From positions 30,874 through 94,873 of the forward strand of contig CAZIDN010000006.1 of NCBI GenBank assembly GCA_964537875.1: a DNA stretch of 64,000 nt. The letters run 5' to 3'. The stretch's first letter is position 1. Each line of letters opens with the position of its first letter. The notes under the pieces are model-generated. The model saw only the letters and a program-made list of their open reading frames with translations. It was not told the origin of the DNA and did no database searches. Shown here piece by piece: positions 8,568-18,348 of this stretch. Made by a program: the position numbers and the translations under genes. The stretch is from an uncultured Eubacteriales bacterium (GTDB taxonomy: Bacteria > Acidobacteriota > Aminicenantia > Aminicenantales > UBA4085).

Positions 8568-9785
8568 ATGATCGTCCTGCTCAAGATCGCCGCCATCGTT
8601 TTCGTCCTCCTGTTTCTGATCAAGATCAAATGGGACCTGGGTCTTGTGCTGGTCCTCGATTCGGTTCTGACCGCGGTCCTGTTCGGCCTGGCCATCAAAA
8701 CGTTCTTGACAAATGTCCTGGGGGCCCTTGTCGCCGGCGAGACCCTGAGCCTCCTCGGAATCGTGGTGCTTGTCCTTTACCTGGGCTATTTTCTCCAGGC
8801 CGGCGGGCATTTCCGGCAGATGGTCGAGGCTTTGAAAAACTTGGTGGGCGACCCGCGCCTGATCTTGGCCATCCCCTCGGCCTTTATCGGCCTGCTGCCG
8901 ATGATGGCCGGGGCCATGATGGGGGCTCCGATCGTCGAAGAAGCAGCCCGGCGGTGGAATCTTTCGGCGGCCTGGAAGACGTTTTTTAACTACTGGTTCC
9001 GGCATATTTGGGAGTACAGCTGGCCGATGTATATCAATTTGATCCTGGCCGCGGCCATTTTTCAGACCCCCATCAAAAAGATCTGCCTGCATCAGTTCCC
9101 TTTCACGGTCATTGCGGCGGCCGCCGGGCTCGTCGTTCTTTTTAAGCATGTGCCCTTTCTTCCGCGGGAGAACAACAACGGAAAGAGCTGGAAAGATTAC
9201 TTCAACGTCTTCTTCAGCATCTGGCCGATTTTCCTGACCATCCTCCTGATTTTTGTCTTCAGGCTCAACATGCTGTTGGCCCTCGGCATCTCCAGCCTTT
9301 TGACCCAGGTCTTTTCCAAGATGAAGTTCAGGGAGCGCCTGGATGTGATCGTCAAGAGCGTCTCGCTCAAGATCGTCCTGCTGACGGCTTCGCTCATGGT
9401 CTTTAAAAGGATATTGGAGGTGTCGGGAGCCCTGGATTCCGTGGTCCGGATCTTCCCGCCCCAGGGGCTTTCGGCCTATATTCTGCTCTTCGCCGCGCCC
9501 TTTTTTGTCGGGCTCCTCACGGGCGTCAACCAGGCCTTCGTCGCCATCGCCTTTCCGCTCCTCGTTCCGATCGTCGGCAAGGGCAACCCCGACATGGTCC
9601 TGATGATGTTCGCCTATGTCAGCGGATTTGCCGGCATCCTCCTGTCGCCGGCCCATCTCTGCCTGGCCTTGACCGCCGATTATTTCAAGGCCGACCTCCG
9701 CGAGGTCTATAAGATCCTCATCTGGCCGGTCGGCGCTGTCTTCTCCGCGGCGCTGCTGGCGCTCATCGTCTTCCGCGTTTTATAA
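8568..9785 (+). CDS. Polytopic inner-membrane protein (possibly DUF401-type)
   Basis: 405 aa, about 10-12 hydrophobic helices with a duplicated architecture; family assignment made from memory only. Confidence 0.45.
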   Translation: MIVLLKIAAIVFVLLFLIKIKWDLGLVLVLDSVLTAVLFGLAIKTFLTNVLGALVAGETLSLLGIVVLVLYLGYFLQAGGHFRQMVEALKNLVGDPRLILAIPSAFIGLLPMMAGAMMGAPIVEEAARRWNLSAAWKTFFNYWFRHIWEYSWPMYINLILAAAIFQTPIKKICLHQFPFTVIAAAAGLVVLFKHVPFLPRENNNGKSWKDYFNVFFSIWPIFLTILLIFVFRLNMLLALGISSLLTQVFSKMKFRERLDVIVKSVSLKIVLLTASLMVFKRILEVSGALDSVVRIFPPQGLSAYILLFAAPFFVGLLTGVNQAFVAIAFPLLVPIVGKGNPDMVLMMFAYVSGFAGILLSPAHLCLALTADYFKADLREVYKILIWPVGAVFSAALLALIVFRVL

Positions 9786-9798
9786 GAAGGACGAAGAT

Positions 9799-10998
9799 AT
9801 GGACAAAAGCAAGACCCAAAGGCTTTATTATGAAAATCCCTATCGCCTGGAATTCGATGCCGAAATCGTCGAGCGTCTCGTCTATGAAAACAAGCCCGCC
9901 CTGGTCCTTGACCAAACCTGTTTTTATCCGGAGTCCGGAGGGCAGCCATCGGACCAGGGGACGATCGAGGGCATCGGCGTCATAAAGATCGTCGAAGAGG
10001 GGGAGAAGATCATTCATGTCCTGGAGAGGGAGGTTCCCGCTCAACGGATCAAGGGGGAGGTCGACTGGACGGTCCGCTTTGACAACATGCAGCAGCATTC
10101 GGGCCAGCACATCTTGTCCCAGGCTTTTTATGAGATCCTGAAAGGGGAGACGCTGTCTTTTCACCTCGGCGCCGGGAGTTCGACGGTGGAGATCGGCATC
10201 GCCAAGATCGGGGAGGATAATTTGGCCCGAGTCGAAAGACGGGCCAACGCGATCATCTTCGAGGACCGGGCCATCCTGACGACTTTCATCCCTCAGGAAA
10301 AGATCGGCGATATCCCGCTGCGCAAGCCGCCCAAGAAAGAAGGGCTGATCCGCGTCGTGGAAGTGGACGGCTTTGATTATTCGGCCTGCGGCGGAACCCA
10401 CTGCCGGAGGACGGGCGAGATCGGGCTGATCAAGATCACGAAATGGGAGCGAATCCGGAACAACCTCCGCTTCGAGTTCGTCTGCGGCTGGAGGGCGCTG
10501 GCCGACTTCACCCTGAAGAACGGGATCGTCCGGCAGCTCACCGGTCAGTTCAGCGTGAAGGAAGGAGATGTCCTGGCTTCCGTCGGGAAGCTGGCCGAGG
10601 ATCTCAAGGCCGCGAGAAAGCTGGCCAAGAAGAGCGAAGAAAAACTTGCCTTGTTTGAAGCTCAGGAATTCATGACCCGGGCGGAAGGGAAGATCATCAA
10701 GCAGGTCTTCACGGAAAAAACTCCGGACGGCGCCAAGTTTCTGGCTCTCTGTATCGTCAAGCAGGGCGACTTCATCGTTCTCTTTGCCGCCAAGTCCGAG
10801 GCCCGGAGCCACCTGATCTTGGCCGCATCGGAAAACCTCAAGATCGACATGCGCCGGCTCGTGCCGATCATTTCCCCGGCCATCAACGGCAGAGGGGGAG
10901 GAAGCCCCGTTCTTGTCGAGATCGCCGGCGTCCCTGGGGCGGATTTATCCGCGGCCCTGGCCAAAGCCGAAGATTATATTAAGAACTCGTTAGGATAA
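9799..10998 (+). CDS. alaX: Alanyl-tRNA editing protein AlaX-L type (tRNA_SAD + DHHA1-like C-terminus)
   Basis: HSGQHIL zinc-binding editing motif and CGGTHC motif of the threonyl/alanyl-tRNA synthetase second additional domain; 399 aa. Confidence 0.7.
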   Translation: MDKSKTQRLYYENPYRLEFDAEIVERLVYENKPALVLDQTCFYPESGGQPSDQGTIEGIGVIKIVEEGEKIIHVLEREVPAQRIKGEVDWTVRFDNMQQHSGQHILSQAFYEILKGETLSFHLGAGSSTVEIGIAKIGEDNLARVERRANAIIFEDRAILTTFIPQEKIGDIPLRKPPKKEGLIRVVEVDGFDYSACGGTHCRRTGEIGLIKITKWERIRNNLRFEFVCGWRALADFTLKNGIVRQLTGQFSVKEGDVLASVGKLAEDLKAARKLAKKSEEKLALFEAQEFMTRAEGKIIKQVFTEKTPDGAKFLALCIVKQGDFIVLFAAKSEARSHLILAASENLKIDMRRLVPIISPAINGRGGGSPVLVEIAGVPGADLSAALAKAEDYIKNSLG

Positions 10999-11046
10999 AT
11001 TTGTGTTGAATGTTGAGGGCTTGACCCCAAGGTTTGACCCCAAATT

Positions 11047-12293
11047 TTATTCGTAGCGGAGGGCGACGATCGGGTCGAACTTGGCCGCCTTTTGGGCGGG
11101 AAAGATCCCAAAAAACAGGCCGACCGAGATCGAAACGAACAGGCCTAGAAACACCGACCAGAGACTCACCATGGCCGGCAGGGGAGTCGCCGCCTTGACC
11201 AGGAAGGCTACGGCGAAGCCGAGCAGCGTCCCCAGGATCCCTCCTATTCCGGTCAGGAACATGGATTCTATCAGGAACTGCTTCATGATATCGGTGGCGC
11301 GGGCGCCGAGGGCTTTGCGGATGCCGATCTCCCGCGTCCGTTCCTTGGCCGAGACGAGCATGATGTTCATGACGCCGATACCGCCCACGAGCAGCCCGAT
11401 GGACGAGATGACGATCATGACTATGTAGGCCGCACCCGTGATTTGATTGTAAAGGTCAAGGATCGTGTCCTGGGTGAAGATGGCGAAGTCGTTGGGCTTG
11501 CCGAAGCCGACCTTCCGCCGAACCCGGAGGACATTCGTGATCTGCTCGATCGTCTCCTGGATCGTGCCGGCCTGGCGGGGGATGGCCCCGATGCCGAGAC
11601 TGGAGGGGTCATAAGGATAATATTTCATCAAGGTCTTGATCGGGATGATGACGAAGTTGTCGCGGCTCTGCCCAAAGATCTCTCCTCTCTTTTGGAAAAC
11701 TCCGATGACCGTAAATTGTTCCGGCCCGATCCGGATGTCCTTGCCGAGCAGGCTGATATGGGGGAAGAGGATATCGGCGAGTTCAAACCCGAGAATGCAG
11801 ACGCGGCTGTTATGGTTGATCTCGTATTCCGTGAAGAACCGGCCCCCTTTGAGCAGTTCGATGGCATAGACAATCGGATATTTCTCATTGACTCCGATGA
11901 TAAAGGAACTGTCGCTTTTGTTATTTTGATACTTGATCTCGATCGAGCCGAAAATGCTCGGATTGAGGCTGACGGCGACGGCTTTGACCAGAGAGGCTTC
12001 CCGCTCGACGGCCATGGCGTCGTCATAGGTCAGGTCTTTTCGCTTCCGCTCTTCCTCGGTCCGGTCGCGCATCTGAATGGGCTCGTATTTCTGGACCAGG
12101 ATGAGGTCCGAGCCGGCGGATTCGAGCTCTTGGATGAACGACTTGTTCAATCCCTGAATGATCGAGACCATGCCGATGACGGTCATGACGCCGATCATGA
12201 TCCCGAGGAGCGTCAGGAAGGAGCGGAGCTTATGCGTTCTCAGGGAGTCTAAAGCCATTCCGAAAATCTCTTTGAGGATACCGTGCCTGACGA

Positions 12294-12297
<4 letters not shown>
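11047..12297 (-). CDS. ABC transporter permease, MacB/FtsX family (no fused ATPase)
   Basis: N-terminal TM + MacB-type periplasmic domain + C-terminal FtsX 4-TM bundle. The start ATG overlaps the upstream gene's TGA as ATGA (12294-12297). The 646-aa six-frame ORF is an artefactual 5' extension. Confidence 0.75.
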
Positions 12298-13529
<1,232 letters not shown>

Positions 13530-13618
13530 GTTCCAAGCTCAGTATTTTACACTATGATATACGGATAAGAGAAGAACTAGTTTTCTTGAGCTGGTATCTC
13601 TGTTTGTGTGATTTTCTA

Positions 13619-13902
13619 CCGGTGCCGGAAACGCCCTCTGGCCCCTGGGGAACCAGTCCCGTCGGATACTCTTGGAGGGAAACCCTTTTGTAGGGTTTTC
13701 CTTCCAACGGTCGCTTCGCTCTCTGCCTCCTTTCCAAGGAGCATCTGGCGATGAATTCATGGGAGGATGCTCCTTGGAGGGGTGGCAGGGCCGGCGGGTA
13801 TTCCCGCCGCCCGTTGGAGGGGGAACCTCGAAAAGGGTCCTCCTCCAAGAGTGTCCGGGGCCCCCCTCCGCTATGGGGCCTCGAGGGCGTTTCCGGCACC
13901 GG
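13619..13902. repeat. Copy B of the ~290-bp self-complementary element (opposite orientation to copy A)
   Basis: Perfect 20-bp termini ccggtgccggaaacgccctc / gagggcgtttccggcaccgg. The interior is collinear with the reverse complement of 5002-5294; differences are concentrated in hairpin loops (ttattcagg vs tttgtagg; tgtgaaagg vs tcgaaaagg). Lies 5' of the permease pair. Confidence 0.8.
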
Positions 13903-14013
13903 TAGAATACAACGCATTTGGAGGCGCTTCCTTTTCTTGACAAGAGGAGCGGAAGTGAACACAATGAAAGGGCCTTCAGGATGTTTATCCCTGACGGCGG
14001 AGGAGGAAGAGCG

Positions 14014-14613
14014 ATGCCGATCAAAAAGTCATCCCCGCCTTCCGGAATGCCCGTTGCCTGCACGTATTTTGCCTATCCCGGCCAGGATCATACACGAGCC
14101 ACGCTGGAGATAGCGGCGAAAAGAATCGAAGAACTCAGCATCCGGCACATTCTCGTGGCTTCCACGTCGGGCAAGACGGGCGCCCTGGCCGTCCAATATT
14201 TCCAGGGGAAAAATTTGGTTGTCGTCACCCACTCCACCGGATTTGCCCGGCCGGATTACCAGGAGCTTGATCCGGAGTACCGGAAGGCCATTGAACAGGC
14301 GGGGGCTAAAATTCTGACCTGCCAGCATGCCTTCGGCGGAGTCGGCCGGGCCGTCCGCAAAAAGCTGGCCACCTACGAGCTGGAAGAGATCATCGCCTAT
14401 ACCCTGCGCATCTTCGGGGAGGGGCTGAAGGTGGCCGTGGAAATTTCCCTCATGGCCGCCGACGCGGGGCTCGTCCCGACCGGCCAGGCCTGCATCTCCA
14501 TCGGGGGGACCGACCAGGGCGCCGATACGGCCGTCCTTCTCCGGCCGGCGAACTCGCAAACGTTTTTCGACCTCAGGATTATGGAAATTCTGGCCAAGCC
14601 TCGACTAATCTAA
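14014..14613 (+). CDS. Pyruvate-kinase alpha/beta (C-terminal) domain-like protein
   Basis: GGAGG RBS before the ATG at 14014 (the longer ORF from 13918 would run through the repeat). ILVASTSGKTGALAVQYF...VVVTHSTG resembles the PK_C fold signature. 199 aa. Confidence 0.4.
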   Translation: MPIKKSSPPSGMPVACTYFAYPGQDHTRATLEIAAKRIEELSIRHILVASTSGKTGALAVQYFQGKNLVVVTHSTGFARPDYQELDPEYRKAIEQAGAKILTCQHAFGGVGRAVRKKLATYELEEIIAYTLRIFGEGLKVAVEISLMAADAGLVPTGQACISIGGTDQGADTAVLLRPANSQTFFDLRIMEILAKPRLI

Positions 14614-14644
14614 AGGGGAGAGAATTCCCCAAAAGGAGTATTCC

Positions 14645-15208
14645 ATGAAAAAAATCGCCATTCCCGTGCTTGCTCTGATTTTTTTGGCTGGGCTTTCTTC
14701 GAACGCATATCCCCAGGCCGGGATCTATTTCGGCGGCTACGGCGGCTACTCCGCCCAAACACCCAGTTTTGAAAACGTCCAATTCGATACGAACACGACG
14801 TTCCTCTACGGCCTCCGAGCCGGCATCCGGTTCATGATGTTCGGGGCCGAGCTTAGCTATTTCACGGCCGGCCATAACATCGAAATGCAGGATTATCTCC
14901 GTTTCAACTGGAACGGCCTCGAAAATGACTACAGCTACATCGGCCTCAACCTCAAGATGTTTTTTCCCTTGGCCATCCTGTATCCGTACATCACGGCCGG
15001 CTACGGCTATTACACGGCGGATATTCACAGTATCGACAAAGCCAACGATGGAGGATACAACCTCGGGGCCGGGCTGGAGATCATGCTGGGCCGGAAGTTT
15101 TCCATCCTGGCCGAGGGCAAATACCACCATGTTAAAGTGGACATTTCGGATTTCCGGCTGGAGCTGGGAAATTTCACCCTGACCGCCGGCCTGAACATCT
15201 ATTTTTGA
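14645..15208 (+). CDS. Outer-membrane beta-barrel protein (OmpW/OmpA-like small porin family)
   Basis: Signal peptide, alternating aromatic/glycine beta-strand pattern, C-terminal ...GLNIYF with a terminal Phe. Confidence 0.6.
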   Translation: MKKIAIPVLALIFLAGLSSNAYPQAGIYFGGYGGYSAQTPSFENVQFDTNTTFLYGLRAGIRFMMFGAELSYFTAGHNIEMQDYLRFNWNGLENDYSYIGLNLKMFFPLAILYPYITAGYGYYTADIHSIDKANDGGYNLGAGLEIMLGRKFSILAEGKYHHVKVDISDFRLELGNFTLTAGLNIYF

Positions 15209-15949
15209 ATGCAGATCCGGCTCAATAAATTTTTGGCCCAACGGGGGATCGCATCGCGCCGGAAGGCTGATGAGCTGATCGCCCAGGGTCGCGTCTCGGT
15301 CAACGACCGGCTCGTGGAAAACCTAGGGGTGAAGATCGATGAGGTTAAAGACCGGGTCGCCGTGGACGGGAAAAAAGTCCAGACCGGGCGGACGTTCGTC
15401 TATTACATGCTGAACAAGCCGGCGGGCTACTTGGTGACGCTCTCCGATCCTTTCCAGAGACCGACGATCCGGAAATTGATCCCGAAACTCGAAAAGGGCG
15501 TTTTTCCGGTGGGCAGGCTGGATCAGGACAGCGAAGGGCTGCTCCTTTTGACCAACGATGGAGAGCTGGCCTTCCGCCTGACCCACCCCCGATACGAAGT
15601 CAAGAAAAAGTACCTGGTCCGGGTCGCCGGAGAAGTCGAGTCCTCGGAGATTTCCAGGCTCGCCAAGGGCATTTTTTTGGAAGGCCGAAAAACGGCGCCG
15701 GCCAAGATCGTCGCCCAGGAGCAGACCCCTCACAAAAGCGCCCTCCTGGTCGAAGTCCATGAGGGAAGAAAGCGCGAAGTCCGGAAGATGTTCGAAGCGG
15801 TCGGCCAACGTGTGACGACGCTAAAAAGGGTCGCTTTTGCCGGCCTCCGGCTTGAACACCTGCCGTCCGGCCAATGGAGGTTGTTGGAACATGCCGAGGT
15901 CCAGCATCTGAAGCGCCTTGTCGGACTCGGCGATCGTCATCATCCATGA
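15209..15949 (+). CDS. Pseudouridine synthase, RsuA/RluB family (S4 domain + catalytic domain)
   Basis: N-terminal S4 RNA-binding motif (RLNKFLAQRGIASRRKADELI) and the RsuA-family catalytic block (GRLDQDSEGLLLLTNDG). Confidence 0.8.
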   Translation: MQIRLNKFLAQRGIASRRKADELIAQGRVSVNDRLVENLGVKIDEVKDRVAVDGKKVQTGRTFVYYMLNKPAGYLVTLSDPFQRPTIRKLIPKLEKGVFPVGRLDQDSEGLLLLTNDGELAFRLTHPRYEVKKKYLVRVAGEVESSEISRLAKGIFLEGRKTAPAKIVAQEQTPHKSALLVEVHEGRKREVRKMFEAVGQRVTTLKRVAFAGLRLEHLPSGQWRLLEHAEVQHLKRLVGLGDRHHP

Positions 15950-18336
15950 AACAGACGGGTTTGAAGCTTGCCAAGAAAGACTTGACTGTCTTCTTGCTCT
16001 TGGCGATCCTTTCTTTGGCCATGACCTATCCTCTTCTTTTTCACATGGGCGATCACGTCCCTTCCGACCTCAGGGACCCTCTCTACACGATTTGGGTTCT
16101 GGCCTGGGATGTCCGGGCCGCAGGCTCCGGATTTTCCCAATTTGCCGACGCCAACATCTTTTATCCGCACCGTGACACCCTCTATTATGCCGACAGCCTT
16201 CCTGCCCTGGCCGTCTTAGGGTCTCCGTTCATGGCCCTCGGCCTCAGTCCGGTTCTCGCCTACAATATCCTTTTCCTCCTGTCATTTTTTTTCTGCGGAT
16301 TGGGCATGTACTTGCTGGTGAGACACCTGACGCTGTCGCGAACCGCGGCTTTCATGGCCGGGCTGATCTTTGCCTTTTTCCCTTACCGTTTCGCCCATAT
16401 CAGCCATCTGGAGCTGCTCTATTTCGCCTGGATGCCGCTCTGCTTTTTGTTCATCCACCGCTTTTTTGAGGAGCCTACGGTTCGAAATACGCTGGGCATA
16501 GCCTTCTTTTACCTGCTCCAAGTTACGAGCTGCAGTTATTACGGCGAATACCTTACGCTTTTCGCCGGACTTCTGGTCCTCTATCTTGCCCTGAAGCATG
16601 GATATTGGCGCAAGGGTTTTTTTTGGTCGCGAATGGCCCTGCTGGCGGTCCTATGCTTGGCCGTGCTTTTTCCCTATTTTTATCCTTACTTCAAGCTTCA
16701 CGCCAGGATGCTGTTCTCCCGACCGGTTTGGGAGGTCAAGTTCTATTCTGCGGAGCTCCAGCATTTTCTGGCCGTGCCGGCCTGGAATGTGGCTTGGGGA
16801 TGGCTGACGGGAAAGCTCGGCGCTCAAGAATGGCAGCTCTGTCCGGGCGTTTTTCCCGTTTTGTTGACGCTGGCGTGGTGGCTGGGAATAAAAAAAGCTT
16901 GGCGAGAGACGCCGCCCAAGACCGGCGCAAAAAGAAGATGGTTTTTTGGCTGGGACGTGGTGAACATCCTGCTGTTCATTTTTGTCGCGGTCATCGGCGT
17001 CACGGGCGGATTCGAAGGGAGGCTCGCCGGGATCGGCCTCTCCGTTCATCAGCTGAAGAATCCTGTTCTGATCCTTTTGATTTCGCTGATTTTGAGGATC
17101 CTTCTCGGCAAAAATCTCAGGTCCGGTTGGCTGCGTTTCTTCCGCGCCGCCAGCCCGCCCCAGAAATATTACTTGCTCGTCGCCGTTCTTGCCTGGCTGC
17201 TTTCTCTCGGGCCTGTCGTCAGGCTTCTCGGCCGGGAAATCATCGACGGGCTGTATGGCCTGTTTTACAGCTGGATGCCCGGTTTTCAAAACCTGCGCGT
17301 CCCCAGCCGCTTTGCCGTTCTCATGATGCTGGGCCTGGCCGTTTTGAGCGGTTGGGGCGTTCTGTTTTTAATGGAAAAATGGAAGCGGTCCCGATTGCGA
17401 ACGATCGGGCCGGGAATTCTGGCCCTGCTCGTCTTGGCCGACTATGCGTCCGTGCCCATGCCTCTGGCCAAAGTGAATGTCGGAAGCCAAATCCCAAAAA
17501 TCTATGCGGCCGTCCGGAAGCTGCCCAAGGAGGCATCGCTCGTCGAGCTGCCCATGCCGGCCCATGACTGGGAAGAGTTCGAGGATGCTGCGGCCGTTTA
17601 TTATTCGATTTACCATTGGAGGAATATCGTCAACGGCTACAGCGGGTATGCCCCGCCGGGATACCGCGTCATCCGGGAGGCCATGGACGAGTTCCCCTCG
17701 GAGCCCACATTCGAGCTTTTGAACAACCTGGAAGTTGGATATCTCCTGGTCCATACCCAGGGATTCCGTCCTGAAAAGGGGAGGGACATTGTCCGTCGGC
17801 TCCGGAATTTTATGAGCCGCGTGGAGCTCGTCGTCCAGACCGATGGGGATTTTTTGATCAGGCTGCTTCCGGCCGCGCCTGAGGCCTATGAAGATGAACG
17901 GATGGTGGACGCCGGCGATAAGACGAAATGGAAAGCCGACGCCAGTTTGAACAATCATCGAGCCGGGCTGGCCTTTGACGGCGATTTGGGGACGGGCTGG
18001 TCGACCGGCTATCCCCAGCGCCAGGGCGATTATTTCCGGCTGGACCTTGGCTCACCGGTTCACATGCGGCGAGTGGAGCTCGTTCTGAACAACAATCCCT
18101 TGGATTTTCCCAGGAGCTTTATCGTTGAAGGATCTTTGGACGGAAGGCAATGGACGAAACTCAACGAAAACCCCTCGTTTTTTCCGCCGCTGAACCTTCG
18201 GATGATCGAGGACTTTTCTCAATACAAAGTCGATGTTCGTTTTGAACCGTGTCAGGTCCGTTTCCTGCGGCTCACGCTGACACGCTCGCATGAAGCCCGC
18301 CATTGGTCGATCAACGAGATTGTCTGCAAGAATTAA
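15946..18336 (+). CDS. Polytopic membrane protein (GT-C/PMT-like N-terminal region) with C-terminal F5/8 type C (discoidin) domain
   Basis: ATG at 15946 overlaps the rluB stop as ATGA. About 12 TM helices in the first ~530 aa; C-terminal ~150 aa GDLGTGWSTGYPQRQGDYFRLDLG...VRFLRLTL is discoidin-like. Confidence 0.5.
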   Translation: MKQTGLKLAKKDLTVFLLLAILSLAMTYPLLFHMGDHVPSDLRDPLYTIWVLAWDVRAAGSGFSQFADANIFYPHRDTLYYADSLPALAVLGSPFMALGLSPVLAYNILFLLSFFFCGLGMYLLVRHLTLSRTAAFMAGLIFAFFPYRFAHISHLELLYFAWMPLCFLFIHRFFEEPTVRNTLGIAFFYLLQVTSCSYYGEYLTLFAGLLVLYLALKHGYWRKGFFWSRMALLAVLCLAVLFPYFYPYFKLHARMLFSRPVWEVKFYSAELQHFLAVPAWNVAWGWLTGKLGAQEWQLCPGVFPVLLTLAWWLGIKKAWRETPPKTGAKRRWFFGWDVVNILLFIFVAVIGVTGGFEGRLAGIGLSVHQLKNPVLILLISLILRILLGKNLRSGWLRFFRAASPPQKYYLLVAVLAWLLSLGPVVRLLGREIIDGLYGLFYSWMPGFQNLRVPSRFAVLMMLGLAVLSGWGVLFLMEKWKRSRLRTIGPGILALLVLADYASVPMPLAKVNVGSQIPKIYAAVRKLPKEASLVELPMPAHDWEEFEDAAAVYYSIYHWRNIVNGYSGYAPPGYRVIREAMDEFPSEPTFELLNNLEVGYLLVHTQGFRPEKGRDIVRRLRNFMSRVELVVQTDGDFLIRLLPAAPEAYEDERMVDAGDKTKWKADASLNNHRAGLAFDGDLGTGWSTGYPQRQGDYFRLDLGSPVHMRRVELVLNNNPLDFPRSFIVEGSLDGRQWTKLNENPSFFPPLNLRMIEDFSQYKVDVRFEPCQVRFLRLTLTRSHEARHWSINEIVCKN

Positions 18337-18348
18337 AGGAGAAACCCG

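Noticed and set aside
8037-9656. 539-aa minus-strand ORF antisense to rnhB and the membrane protein gene
   Set aside because: RG/DE/P-rich low-complexity translation typical of the antisense frame of high-GC coding DNA; the opposite strand carries genes with clear homology.
11443-12252. 269-aa and other ORFs antisense to the permease pair; also the 230-aa N-terminal extension of the 11047-12987 ORF
   Set aside because: The H/R/P-rich extension is the out-of-frame read-through of the upstream permease gene; the real start is the ATG at 12297 overlapping the upstream stop.
16605-17567. 320-aa plus-strand out-of-frame ORF and 212-aa minus ORF inside the membrane/discoidin gene
   Set aside because: Alternative-frame artefacts; R/A/G-rich.
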